Sequence record: LT598654.1
Length of the DNA stretch: 64,000 bases
Direction: 5' to 3' (one strand)
Below, one piece after another: positions 10,152 through 19,746 of the stretch; the stretch's first letter is position 1, and each line of letters starts with the position of its first letter. Below the pieces are notes generated by a model, which saw only the letters and a list, made by a program, of their open reading frames with translations, was not told the DNA's origin and ran no database searches. The position numbers and the translations under genes were made by a program.

Positions 10152-11180
10152 TTAGAATCCTTGTCCTGCAATCTGACACAATACACGCATCCCACTGTTA
10201 TTAGGAAAATTAGCGTTTAACGCTTTGTACGTGCGTTGAGTTTCCTCACCGAATACAGTGAACTTAGGTTTAGACCATTGGCTTAGTACGTCAGCACTGG
10301 TGTATGCAATCATATCCAGTTTATAGTCGTACAGATAACGCTGAGTGTTAAAACCTTGAGGAAATCTAACTGTATAGCTGCCGTCTTCCAAGATAGCTAC
10401 TTGTTGAAGAGGATTGATAATAGGGTAACTATCACCCACTGGAACAACTGCGCTACGAGGAGGTTCAGGCATGTTAACGTCAGACTCACGCACAGTGAAA
10501 TACAGAATAGAGTTGGCTACCTTGTCGTCGGGTGCATCACTGATCTTTTGTGCATCACTATTACCGTAGCGACTGAATACACACATAAGAGGAGCTTTTC
10601 CGTCAGAAACAATTAAACCTGTATCGCAGTCAACAGGTCTTTGGATATTGAACCAACAGAAGCAGTCACCGGCTTTATCAAAGGATTCAGCCCATAGTGA
10701 AAAGAACACACCATGATCAGTTACGTTTAACTGGTACGAAAGAGGAATAGATTCAGGGTCGATGCCTTGATCTTTATAACAAGACCAAAACGTTTTGGTG
10801 CTATCGTTAGACCAAAAAGTAGCTGTACTGTCGTGTAAGTTATCTACACCAAGAAAGCCTGCTTCCTTATCAGTTTCGTACTCACCTACATTCCAGGAAT
10901 CATCCAATTGGGTTGGAGTGCATACCCAAACCTTTATGTAACCTGCTGTGTTGTTGAACTCCAATACTAGTCGCCAGGGCTGAACTAAATCGTCTGCTAA
11001 AGGATCAGATTCAACTAGAGGTTTTAAAACGTAGTGACTATTTATAGAGGAGAAGCCACTTGTAGTTGCTTTATCTACTGCTACTACTTGAAAGCCTCCG
11101 CTCTGCACTAAATCATAAACGACCTGGTAACCGAGTTGGAGAATATTTGAGAATCCGTTACGTTCTACACTTATACTCAT
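10152..11180 (-). CDS. Virion structural protein, tandem paralogue 1
   Basis: MSISVERNGF start, VTDHGV, GKAPLMCVF, FNTQRYLYDYKLD. Confidence 0.8.
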   Translation of the reverse strand: MSISVERNGFSNILQLGYQVVYDLVQSGGFQVVAVDKATTSGFSSINSHYVLKPLVESDPLADDLVQPWRLVLEFNNTAGYIKVWVCTPTQLDDSWNVGEYETDKEAGFLGVDNLHDSTATFWSNDSTKTFWSCYKDQGIDPESIPLSYQLNVTDHGVFFSLWAESFDKAGDCFCWFNIQRPVDCDTGLIVSDGKAPLMCVFSRYGNSDAQKISDAPDDKVANSILYFTVRESDVNMPEPPRSAVVPVGDSYPIINPLQQVAILEDGSYTVRFPQGFNTQRYLYDYKLDMIAYTSADVLSQWSKPKFTVFGEETQRTYKALNANFPNNSGMRVLCQIAGQGF

Positions 11181-11983
11181 TATTCTAATACCAAATAAGT
11201 TAATGTCATCTTAGGCGTTGCCGGAGCATCACCCATGTTAGTAAACCTGAAATACAGAGTACTAGAAACTGCTTCGTCTAGGTTAGACATAAAGCTGAAT
11301 CGTCTTCTGAAATCCTGTGTTCCGTCTGACAGGTCTGTGATACCTTCATCCACAAAACGAGCAGGAGAAGATATAAACGTGAACGGGTTATTGTCATCGT
11401 AGTTGATGTTGGTGAAGCCTTCAACTTTAATATCAAAAGCATTTAGCTCTAACTTCAACATCATTATCGTTTTACCGATATTGGTTAAAGAGAACTCATG
11501 TACACCACCGCTTTCTATCTGCTCGGTAGCTGTGTACTCTACAATTGAGCGCACACCTTGATTAGATAATTGGTCTGTCCAAAAGGGATTACCTTCTGAA
11601 TCCAGCCCTAGCACTTGACCTACTTCACCACCCTCAGGAAGAATACGACCTTGATCAATAGTAAGCCTGTTGTCACCGATTATAGCAAGAGGAGATTCCA
11701 CTTGATAGTCTACACCAAACTTTAGTTCTTCCCAAGTCTCTTTATCTTCAAGGAGTTTATAGATTAGGTCTTCTTCGATAATGTAAGCAAGCATACCCTG
11801 CTTACGTGCATCAAGTTGCGCTATAAGACCGTTGAACGATTTAGTCTTTGCATCCGCTGTCCATTGATCCCGGTCGGCACCGGATTCGAAAACCCGGTAG
11901 CCGCCTTTCAGATACGAATCTTCCAAAAGGAAGGGAGTGTTAGAGGAAGAAGGAGCAAAGAAGCTAGTTACCGAAATCGGCAT
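11180..11983 (-). CDS. Tail-fibre-associated protein
   Basis: KGGYRV...RD...RKQGMLAYI motif and GQVL...G.P.W fibre-type motif. GGAGG RBS. Confidence 0.6.
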   Translation of the reverse strand: MPISVTSFFAPSSSNTPFLLEDSYLKGGYRVFESGADRDQWTADAKTKSFNGLIAQLDARKQGMLAYIIEEDLIYKLLEDKETWEELKFGVDYQVESPLAIIGDNRLTIDQGRILPEGGEVGQVLGLDSEGNPFWTDQLSNQGVRSIVEYTATEQIESGGVHEFSLTNIGKTIMMLKLELNAFDIKVEGFTNINYDDNNPFTFISSPARFVDEGITDLSDGTQDFRRRFSFMSNLDEAVSSTLYFRFTNMGDAPATPKMTLTYLVLE

Positions 11984-11998
11984 AGAGCCTCCTAACTA

Positions 11999-14479
11999 TT
12001 ATGAATTACCACTACCTGACGAGGTATTGTATGTCAGTTCCCAAGTAATTGGGTTATCACCTAATGGAGCATCTGGTGAGTAGACGTAATACGTTTGACC
12101 TGCAATAGTAACTTCTGCTGTAGCGAACTCAGCATCACCACCTTGAGTAACTGCACCTGCATCCCAACCACCTGACAAATTAGTGCCGGTGTTAACAATG
12201 TAGATATGAGCAAGTGAAGCAGGAATCATAATGTATGGAGTATCCTCATACATATCATTCAAGTCACCAGGTGTAGTGAACTGCTCACCGTTAGTTCCAG
12301 CAAGCTCATTAGTCAGAGCGTTGTAGAATTCTTCGGTAGCAAAGTCGGCTTGCGTATTAGCCCGTGTGGTTAGACCCCAGCGAGGACTGATAGTTAAGTC
12401 TTCGGCTACAAGTTCAAGTGAATCATTCACAGTAGTACCATTCTCAGTGTAAGAACCGTTGACTGTAATAGAACCAGATACTGCACCGTAAAGAACATCG
12501 TTACTGTTAGCACCTGTGAATGTAGAACCTTGTGCGTCACCGTTGAAGGCAACAGAAAGGTCAGGGCTAGCTTTAACGTTTGCGGTACTTCCGTCACTAT
12601 AACCAACAGTGTAGGTGATTACAACCGTATCGTTTTCTGCAAACTCTGTAGCACCACCACTAACTGCCATAGTCAATGAGGTAGGTACTGCTGCAACGAT
12701 AGTTAAGTTGTGCGTATCGCTTACTGTAACGCCGTCGATAGTCTTCTCTGCGCTAATGGTAACAGGCTGATCTGTATCAACAGAACCTGCTGTAAGAACA
12801 CCAGTTGCATTGATAGACGCATACGTACCACCAGAATCAACAGCCCAAGTTGCATCAGTGAAGTCTTGGGTAGAAGCATCATCATAGGTAACACGTAGGA
12901 TGTAGTTAGAGGTTGCACCTTCACTAACATTGGTAGCACCAACAATTGCAGCAGATACCGCAGCAGGTGGGTTGTTAGTGAGGATAACGTCTTTAAATCC
13001 TGTAACGGTACGTCCGTATTCAGTAAAGGTCGCTTCAAGGCGAACAGTCTGATCAGAATCCAATGAACCTGCGGTTAAGTCGTAACCTGACAGTGTTGAA
13101 TAAGTGCTACTCAACTGGATGAACGAATCAGGTGTAGCAGGCTGTACTTCTGAACCATCAGAGTATACCAGCTTGAATGAATACGTTGTTGTGCTTGTTT
13201 CACCTAACGTATCTGCACCGATAATAACGATTTCAGTAACAAGAGGATCCAAGTCAACGATAGTAACAACCTTATCGGCAGTAACCGTAACACCGTCGTA
13301 AGTGTAGCTTGCTGAGAGCGTGGTATTCTTATCACCGCCGTTAACTTCCTGTGCAGTAAGTAAAGCAGTAGAATTAACCGTAGCATAACTAGTCAAAGAA
13401 CTGGTTACGCTATCTGCAACAACATCGCTGGTTGAACTGTCAGAGTAGGTTGCTCGGATGATGTATTGTGACGTAGTGTTTTCGTCAACTTCATCAGCAC
13501 CAATGATTTCCAAGCTAACAACTTCAAGACCTGTTGTAACAGTAATATCTTTGGTTGCGTTAGCTGTAATCCCTTCGTGCGTGTATGACGCAGAAAGAGT
13601 CAGAGGTGTATTGTTGGTAACGTTAAACGTTTCGATGTTACCTGCTGTATCAATAGAAGCAACGGCTGGCGTACCTGAGGTAAACGTAGTAGGCGTAACA
13701 ACAGAAGTTGTACCGTTCGCAAAGTAAGCAGTAACCGTGTAAAGCTGACCAGAAGTTTTTTCTTCTACTGAATTTGGTCCATTGATAACAATAGCAATCA
13801 ATGAATCATCTTCTTCGATAATGTCTTCCTCTGTAATGAACTTCCAAGAAGCAATCCATTCGTTTGGATTTTCAAGGTTCTGTCCAATAAGAACAAGCAT
13901 CATACCTTGCTGAGGTGGCGCACTGGTATCAACCAACGCATATTCGTTAGCGTTGATTTTAATCATGGTACGCGGATAATCAGGATGCGTATGTTGAGTA
14001 GGATAACGTTCGTCAGTGTTTCGAGGATCGCTATGAGACACAACACGCGACTCAACCTCAGGAGCACTTAACACAACCAAACCGTGTGATGTACGGGTAG
14101 CAGGACCAGTTTCTTCAAACGCAGTAGTAATACCGTGAAGTCGAGGGTCTTCTACAACAGACAGGTAATACTGGTCTTCAACCCATAAGTCTTCATAGGT
14201 TGCAACCGTAGCCCAAGTGTTTGAATACAAGCCGCTATCCGAATGGCTAGTACGTTTAAGTACAGTACCGAACGCAGGGTGGTCTGAGTCGCCAGGAATC
14301 CAAAGAACGTTGTAAGGTAACTGGCTAAACGTAGGTTCAGTCATAGCAACTACAACAATGAATGTGCGATTAGGCTTTGCATTGTCTGGTTGTATGGTGA
14401 ACTTGATTGGTGTTACGCTATCAAGGTTTCGGAACCCTGCAAGCGTAAGGTAATTTTCGATAAAAGTTGTTAAATCCAT
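11999..14479 (-). CDS. Tail fibre/spike protein with about five bacterial Ig-like repeats
   Basis: ~88-aa repeats (G.x.x.V.E.TT..Y...ATYSD.S...V). N-terminal module shared with the next two ORFs. Confidence 0.75.
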   Translation of the reverse strand: MDLTTFIENYLTLAGFRNLDSVTPIKFTIQPDNAKPNRTFIVVVAMTEPTFSQLPYNVLWIPGDSDHPAFGTVLKRTSHSDSGLYSNTWATVATYEDLWVEDQYYLSVVEDPRLHGITTAFEETGPATRTSHGLVVLSAPEVESRVVSHSDPRNTDERYPTQHTHPDYPRTMIKINANEYALVDTSAPPQQGMMLVLIGQNLENPNEWIASWKFITEEDIIEEDDSLIAIVINGPNSVEEKTSGQLYTVTAYFANGTTSVVTPTTFTSGTPAVASIDTAGNIETFNVTNNTPLTLSASYTHEGITANATKDITVTTGLEVVSLEIIGADEVDENTTSQYIIRATYSDSSTSDVVADSVTSSLTSYATVNSTALLTAQEVNGGDKNTTLSASYTYDGVTVTADKVVTIVDLDPLVTEIVIIGADTLGETSTTTYSFKLVYSDGSEVQPATPDSFIQLSSTYSTLSGYDLTAGSLDSDQTVRLEATFTEYGRTVTGFKDVILTNNPPAAVSAAIVGATNVSEGATSNYILRVTYDDASTQDFTDATWAVDSGGTYASINATGVLTAGSVDTDQPVTISAEKTIDGVTVSDTHNLTIVAAVPTSLTMAVSGGATEFAENDTVVITYTVGYSDGSTANVKASPDLSVAFNGDAQGSTFTGANSNDVLYGAVSGSITVNGSYTENGTTVNDSLELVAEDLTISPRWGLTTRANTQADFATEEFYNALTNELAGTNGEQFTTPGDLNDMYEDTPYIMIPASLAHIYIVNTGTNLSGGWDAGAVTQGGDAEFATAEVTIAGQTYYVYSPDAPLGDNPITWELTYNTSSGSGNS

Positions 14480-14480
14480 C

Positions 14481-15497
14481 TTACGCTTCCTCTACTAAGT
14501 ACTCGCGCTGAACCGTTACAGTTCGCGTACTATCGGTATCTACAATAGATGCTTGTAAAACAACAGGGCCTGGCGTATTAAACGTAACTGTATTACCTAC
14601 TACATTAGCTGCACCACTGATTACAGTAATCTGAGTAGGTACAAACCAACCAGAGAAAACAGTTTCGCTCATAGCGTTTTCAGCCCAAACAGGCATAACT
14701 AAAGGCAGTGACGTTCCTACAGGCAGAGTGTAACTAAAGTTTGCTCCGTACAGAGTAGAACCTGAGTTAGCCTGACCTCTAAGGATAATATCACCCGATA
14801 AAGGAGGAATGCTCAGAGCAGACGGATCAAGAATCTGCGCAGTTGCCAACTCAGTAACGTTAGGGTAAATATGATTCGAAGTAACCGTACCCCAACTGCT
14901 GTTCCCTTGGAAGTCTGCAATCATACCTGCATTAGTTGCAGGTGAACCCGACGAAATAACAACAGCATCACCTGTGGTAGCTAATCGCGTTGCAGGTATT
15001 TCAGAGTGCATTTCGTCATGAGGTAATGGGTCACGCGAGTTCGTAAGCGTGTCATCGCCTTCTGTGATAACAATCGGGTCTTCTGGATTAACAGGCGCTA
15101 CTGTTAAACGTACAATACCGAGATTACCTGTACCTGCTTCGCCAGTGGCAGGTAGAATATCATCTAAAGGATCCCAATACTGAGCATCCCACAGGTCTTC
15201 GTATTGAGTAACTTCAATCCAACTTTGAGTAAAAATACCTTCAGGGTCAGGAGACTTAGAATCTCTACGGAACACCTTCTTGTAGTAAGAACCTGTGTTG
15301 TCGAAGTTAATCCACAGAACGTTAAGCGGTAATATCAAAGAAGTAGGTTCAGTACTTGACGCAACGATTGTGGTGGTTTGGTTTAGAGTCGGGTTTGTTT
15401 TACGCACAACTCTTGGTCCGTTCGCGTTTGCAATGTCAGTGTAAGAACCGACATATTCAACAAGGTCGCGGAGCTTCTGTGTAATTTCATCAGCCAT
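14481..15497 (-). CDS. Tail-fibre-like protein with the shared N-terminal module (start corrected to MADEITQ)
   Basis: RBS AGGA before the ATG at 15497. EPTSLILPLNVLWI and YEDLWD motifs. Confidence 0.7.
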   Translation of the reverse strand: MADEITQKLRDLVEYVGSYTDIANANGPRVVRKTNPTLNQTTTIVASSTEPTSLILPLNVLWINFDNTGSYYKKVFRRDSKSPDPEGIFTQSWIEVTQYEDLWDAQYWDPLDDILPATGEAGTGNLGIVRLTVAPVNPEDPIVITEGDDTLTNSRDPLPHDEMHSEIPATRLATTGDAVVISSGSPATNAGMIADFQGNSSWGTVTSNHIYPNVTELATAQILDPSALSIPPLSGDIILRGQANSGSTLYGANFSYTLPVGTSLPLVMPVWAENAMSETVFSGWFVPTQITVISGAANVVGNTVTFNTPGPVVLQASIVDTDSTRTVTVQREYLVEEA

Positions 15498-15513
15498 ATT
15501 ATGTTTCCTAATC

Positions 15514-16158
15514 TTAAGCCAAATCGTTTTCGTTAATCTTGCGCCAAATAAGATTACCTGAGCTATCGTGCAATAAGGCTTTACCCACTTCTGGAACACT
15601 ATCCAAAATAGACGAGTGTCCAGTAGCGTGTGACAACATAGTAGCAGGTTTTTCGGGGTGCGTGTGAGCATTCGGTACACGAGGATCACTTAATCGCGGG
15701 TCACCCTCTACTACAGCAACAGGTGCATCGGGGTCAAGAGGATCAGCACTTAATCGAACTTTACCTGCATCAACCACTGTAGCAAAAGGAACAGGGCTGA
15801 TACCGATTAAAGTCAAATCGTCAGGGTCATACGTTTGCGCTTGGAATACGTCTTCGTAGAAATAAAGAACATCCCAGCTTTGCGTAATACCTTCAGATGC
15901 AAATATACCTGCATCTTTTGAAGTGCGCTTTAACACTTGTCTGTACAAGTTAGATTCTGGCTTAAAACAGATCCAAACCACATCAATAGGTAGAACCATG
16001 TTTATTGGCTCTACCTGGCTGCAAACAATAGCTACGGTTCTATTCGTAGCCGTGTCTGTATGTCGCATCACAATCGGAGTATCTTCTGACTGTTCTTTAA
16101 TGTCAGAAAGAAACTCCAAAGTTTTGATCAGCGTATCAAGTTTTGATTCCATAGGCAT
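15514..16158 (-). CDS. Tail-fibre-like protein consisting mostly of the shared N-terminal module
   Basis: EPINMVLPIDVVWI, YEDVF and GDPRLSDPR...HTHP motifs. GGAGG RBS. Confidence 0.7.
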   Translation of the reverse strand: MPMESKLDTLIKTLEFLSDIKEQSEDTPIVMRHTDTATNRTVAIVCSQVEPINMVLPIDVVWICFKPESNLYRQVLKRTSKDAGIFASEGITQSWDVLYFYEDVFQAQTYDPDDLTLIGISPVPFATVVDAGKVRLSADPLDPDAPVAVVEGDPRLSDPRVPNAHTHPEKPATMLSHATGHSSILDSVPEVGKALLHDSSGNLIWRKINENDLA

Positions 16159-16161
16159 TAG

Positions 16162-17802
16162 TTAGGCCTCCGTTGCTCTCGAACCTGTTGGGTTAATATT
16201 AAACACAACATGGATTCGTTTAGCTGCGATAACCGGGTCAAACACCATATCAAGAACAAGGTCACCGTTAGCGATTGTGTCGTTGGTATTGTTTCTATCG
16301 TCACACACGTTTTGGTATTCGTAAACACCGCGTCCGCGCCGGATAGGTTCAAGGATACTGTCAGCAGTTGCCTTAACACGATCACGTAAAACAGAATCGT
16401 TTGGATTAAACACGCTAGACAGAGTGCTTGCCTTAGCACGTTTAAGTACGTAGTTAACCAATCGTACAACGTTAACATACTGGAAGCTGGTTGCGGTAGT
16501 CTGGGTAGTTTGTTGACCCCAGATAACATAACTACCATCACGCATTTTGCGGATAGGGTTAATCTGCGCCATGTCCAAGCTATCACGAGCACCTTGATCG
16601 TATTGAACACGTACACCAAGAACGTCCAGCGTACCTAAATCGATACCAGCAGGAGCAAACCAAAGGGCGCGAGTAGAGTCAGCTTTAGCAAAAGCGGCTG
16701 CAACGTAACCACTGGGTGGTACATAGACTTCAAGGTCATTTTCATAATCGTACACCTTAATGTCGGCGCTGTACAAGGCAGAGTAGTAACTACTGAGGTT
16801 CAGAATGTTACGCTTGTAGTTAACTGCATCAGCTACTTCCTGCATATCACTTGGCATATCAAGGATTGCAATAGCATCACCGCGACCTTCCGCAATAGAG
16901 TTCAATGCGTGGTGTATAGTGTAATGAGTATAACCACCGTTAACCAGAATATCCACTTCGATTTCTTCTGGGTCTGAATACAGATCCCAGGCATCGATGA
17001 TTTGATTTTCCGTAGGAGGTAAGCCGTCATCACCGCCGTCCAAAATACAGCTAGCAGTATTAACGATTGGAATCTCAGGACAGAACTCGTTGTTACGAAC
17101 ACGTACAATGTTTGATTTTTTATTGATAACGTCTTCGATGAAAAGCTGTGTACCTTCTTCGTCTGTCTCTTGGTGTCTGGTAACCAAGAAGCTTTCGTCA
17201 GGTTGAACCTGAGCACCAGCTTTAGACAGGTAAACATCTACGTAGAACTTGAGAGGGTCATGACCGTTACCACGTAAAGCAACACCAGGAGGATTAGACG
17301 GACGGATTTCGATAACGATACCGTTGTTCCAGTCACCAGGGTTAGCAGCACAGAAGTAACCGAGAATGTTTCCAACACCAGGAGTTGTAGGAGTAAAGCC
17401 CAGTGAATTCAGTGGGTCGTTAGCACCTTCTGGATTGTTGGTAGTAGGGTTCTTCCAAACACTCAAAGCAAGTTGAGGGTCTTGTGCATTGGTATCATCC
17501 GTAGTGAAGTAAGAACCCGCAGTAAGGGCTCCGTTAACCACACGGGTTACGTAACAACGGCTTGATTGATTTAAGAAAGGTTCGACAGAGTAAGCCATAT
17601 AACCATATTCAGTTCCACCGAACCCGAACGTGGCTTTATAGTTAGCAAAATCTGTGATAAGGGTCCGTTCACCAACAGGCCCTTTAGGTGTAGCACCGAC
17701 GAATGCAGCAACAGAGGTCGCTACGTTAGCAGGACGCTCACTGAGGTCTTTTACGTAACCGTAGACGCCTGGTGCTGGATTGGATGGATTTATAGTTGAC
17801 AT
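16162..17802 (-). CDS. Contractile tail sheath protein
   Basis: PGVY N-terminus, AFVGATPKGP, VPPSGYVAA, WFAPAG, QINPI, IWGQQT and VNVVRL are canonical sheath motifs. Confidence 0.93.
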   Translation of the reverse strand: MSTINPSNPAPGVYGYVKDLSERPANVATSVAAFVGATPKGPVGERTLITDFANYKATFGFGGTEYGYMAYSVEPFLNQSSRCYVTRVVNGALTAGSYFTTDDTNAQDPQLALSVWKNPTTNNPEGANDPLNSLGFTPTTPGVGNILGYFCAANPGDWNNGIVIEIRPSNPPGVALRGNGHDPLKFYVDVYLSKAGAQVQPDESFLVTRHQETDEEGTQLFIEDVINKKSNIVRVRNNEFCPEIPIVNTASCILDGGDDGLPPTENQIIDAWDLYSDPEEIEVDILVNGGYTHYTIHHALNSIAEGRGDAIAILDMPSDMQEVADAVNYKRNILNLSSYYSALYSADIKVYDYENDLEVYVPPSGYVAAAFAKADSTRALWFAPAGIDLGTLDVLGVRVQYDQGARDSLDMAQINPIRKMRDGSYVIWGQQTTQTTATSFQYVNVVRLVNYVLKRAKASTLSSVFNPNDSVLRDRVKATADSILEPIRRGRGVYEYQNVCDDRNNTNDTIANGDLVLDMVFDPVIAAKRIHVVFNINPTGSRATEA

Positions 17803-17807
17803 TAATA

Positions 17808-17887
17808 AACTCCCTAAAAGGAATATGGCATTAAGTATAAGAACGTAAATATGCTCTTATAATAAAATTATAAACTTTAAGGGAGTT
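17808..17887 (-). promoter_or_regulatory. Structured 5' leader of the sheath gene: an anti-SD arm pairs with the Shine-Dalgarno
   Basis: On the minus strand, AACTCCCTTAAAG (17887-17875) is complementary to CTTTTAGGGAGTT (17820-17808) at 12/13. Inner 9-bp hairpin at 17836-17861. TATAAT at 17872-17867. Confidence 0.6.
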
Positions 17888-17895
17888 ATCAATCT

Positions 17896-18687
17896 TTATG
17901 GGAAGAGGAGGCTCTGGACTGAGGCTATCTGAATTAGCTCTTTTTCTGCTTTTTCTGGGTAAGCAACACACTTGGATTTTAAAGCTTCTATACTAAAGTC
18001 TAAAAGCTCGTTAGTTAATTGAACCTTGAAGTTGGCTAAAATAGATTTAATGGCATCGGTAACACGTTTGTCTACCAGCACACTATCAACGAAGTGCAAG
18101 GCTACAGACTTCCTAACACAACTCAAACATTCACCGCACTCTCCAAGAGTATCAGCATCAACATGATAACAACTACGGCTATACTTACCTACAGACTCTA
18201 GCAATGATACAAATGCGTCCATTCCAAATCGGTCACAGTAACCTAACAGGTAACCTGCTTTGGTGGATGAAACGTAAGGTCGCTGTATATTAAACTTAGA
18301 TGCACCATGTTTGGTCTGAGAAGAATCCTCACCAAACAAGTCAAGTACCGCAGTCGCTTTATTAAAGAAATCGTCGGTACTGTCCTGAGCAATATCTGCC
18401 TGTGTACTTCCAATGTAAATGCTGTCACCATAGGTAGCAGCAGCCAACAACAAGAACATGTTACGGAAAGGTAGAATCTTATTGGTTAGTTCAAACTGTG
18501 CTAAGTTTAGGTCAACGACTTCCACGTAAGGTTGGATAAAAGGATCGCTAGATATTAGATTTAACTCTGTGCGATTCTCGTGCGTACCAATGTCAAAAGC
18601 TAGAAGCTTAATATCAGTCTGCGAGTTTAACAAGGTACGTGCAAGCACAAAGCTATCCAGTCCGCCTGAGTAAAGCATTGTTTTCAT
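17896..18687 (-). CDS. queC: 7-cyano-7-deazaguanine (preQ0) synthase
   Basis: SGGLDS PP-loop, PFRN motif, SRSCY...CGECLSC zinc site. Confidence 0.88.
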   Translation of the reverse strand: MKTMLYSGGLDSFVLARTLLNSQTDIKLLAFDIGTHENRTELNLISSDPFIQPYVEVVDLNLAQFELTNKILPFRNMFLLLAAATYGDSIYIGSTQADIAQDSTDDFFNKATAVLDLFGEDSSQTKHGASKFNIQRPYVSSTKAGYLLGYCDRFGMDAFVSLLESVGKYSRSCYHVDADTLGECGECLSCVRKSVALHFVDSVLVDKRVTDAIKSILANFKVQLTNELLDFSIEALKSKCVAYPEKAEKELIQIASVQSLLFP

Positions 18688-18689
18688 AT

Positions 18690-19478
18690 CTATTCCTCGA
18701 ATGAAAAATCGAACTCTTGGTACTTACCTTTTAAAGTATCAAGAATGTTTTGCTTCTCCTTGATCTTCTTAAGGTAGAACTCAATGGATGTTTTAATAAT
18801 AGAAGCATGAGAGTCCTTAGCAACTTCCATTCCATGAGTCTCATATATCTTTACAACAAAGTGAAATTCATCCTCAGCGAAAGCTTTAATGATACCAGTC
18901 AATGTTTCTATTTCAAACTTTAGGGCATCGATCTGTTCGTCTAAAGATAATAATACCTGTACTTCGGATACCGACTCCAAAGCTTTTTCTACATCCTTGA
19001 TGTGCTTAGCGCGTTTCTTTTTATCGTTAAGCAAGTTCAGGATTTCTACAAGAGCCTGATGGTCATACGCCTTGTACGCACCGTGAGCCTGGTGATAAAA
19101 CGTAACAAGCTTAGAGTTGCCTACCTTGTCTGGGTGGCATATATTGCTAATCTTCTTAAAGAGTTTCTTACAGGCAGTCTTAACCTTCTCGCTTACTTCA
19201 CGAATTTCGGGTTCGTACTCAGGTTCAGGCTGTTTAGGTTCGGGTTTAGGTTGCTTGCTGCGCTTCTCATACTCTATGTCGGTACACAGGTCTTGGTAAT
19301 ACGCTTTTAGCTGTTCACACCTTTCTATAAGAGCAGTATTGGATTCAAGCATTACCTTCAACAATGAATCTTTTAACTCGGTGTAGTTCAGGATAGTTTC
19401 GTTAAGACTATCCCGCTCTGCCTCAAAGCGCATCAAGTCAAAGTGTGTGTAGTTGAACCCATGTAATACTGGTAACAT
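18690..19478 (-). CDS. J-domain (DnaJ-like) co-chaperone with coiled coils
   Basis: KKLFKKISNICHPDKVG: helix II plus HPD motif. Confidence 0.75.
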   Translation of the reverse strand: MLPVLHGFNYTHFDLMRFEAERDSLNETILNYTELKDSLLKVMLESNTALIERCEQLKAYYQDLCTDIEYEKRSKQPKPEPKQPEPEYEPEIREVSEKVKTACKKLFKKISNICHPDKVGNSKLVTFYHQAHGAYKAYDHQALVEILNLLNDKKKRAKHIKDVEKALESVSEVQVLLSLDEQIDALKFEIETLTGIIKAFAEDEFHFVVKIYETHGMEVAKDSHASIIKTSIEFYLKKIKEKQNILDTLKGKYQEFDFSFEE

Positions 19479-19496
19479 AATTCACCTTATACAAGA

Positions 19497-19516
19497 CTAG
19501 GGGCAAACGCCCCTAG
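19497..19516 (-). terminator. Perfect 8-bp GC-rich hairpin (terminator or processing site)
   Basis: CTAGGGGC-GTTT-GCCCCTAG on the minus strand, weak U-tract. Confidence 0.55.
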
Positions 19517-19519
19517 AAT

Positions 19520-19735
19520 TTAACAAGTTTCTTTTACAAGCTGACCGATTTCGCAATCGAGTAACTTTTGAATGTCTGCGGGAACTGTATTTCGGGCAGA
19601 CAGGTGTTTTCTTAACCAATGAAGGTTAGCACCATGTTTGTCCACGTACCGTCTGTTCTTAGGTAGATCGATAGATTCACCTTGTAAGAACGCATTCAAT
19701 TTTTCGAGTTTCGTCGCTGCTACTGCTGTAGTCAT
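19520..19735 (-). CDS. Hypothetical protein (71 aa)
   Basis: AAGGA RBS, co-oriented. Confidence 0.7.
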   Translation of the reverse strand: MTTAVAATKLEKLNAFLQGESIDLPKNRRYVDKHGANLHWLRKHLSARNTVPADIQKLLDCEIGQLVKETC

Positions 19736-19746
19736 TATTGTTCCTT

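Noticed and set aside
14481-15689. Long N-terminal extensions in the ORF track (also 6433-7641, 9719-10195, 19747-20745, 22278-23060)
   Set aside because: They overlap upstream genes. Downstream ATGs have an SD and align with paralogues or stops, so the starts were shortened.
1018-16158. Diversity-generating retroelement or invertible fibre cassette
   Set aside because: No reverse transcriptase, no near-identical TR/VR pair differing at adenines, and no invertase or inverted crossover sites in the window.
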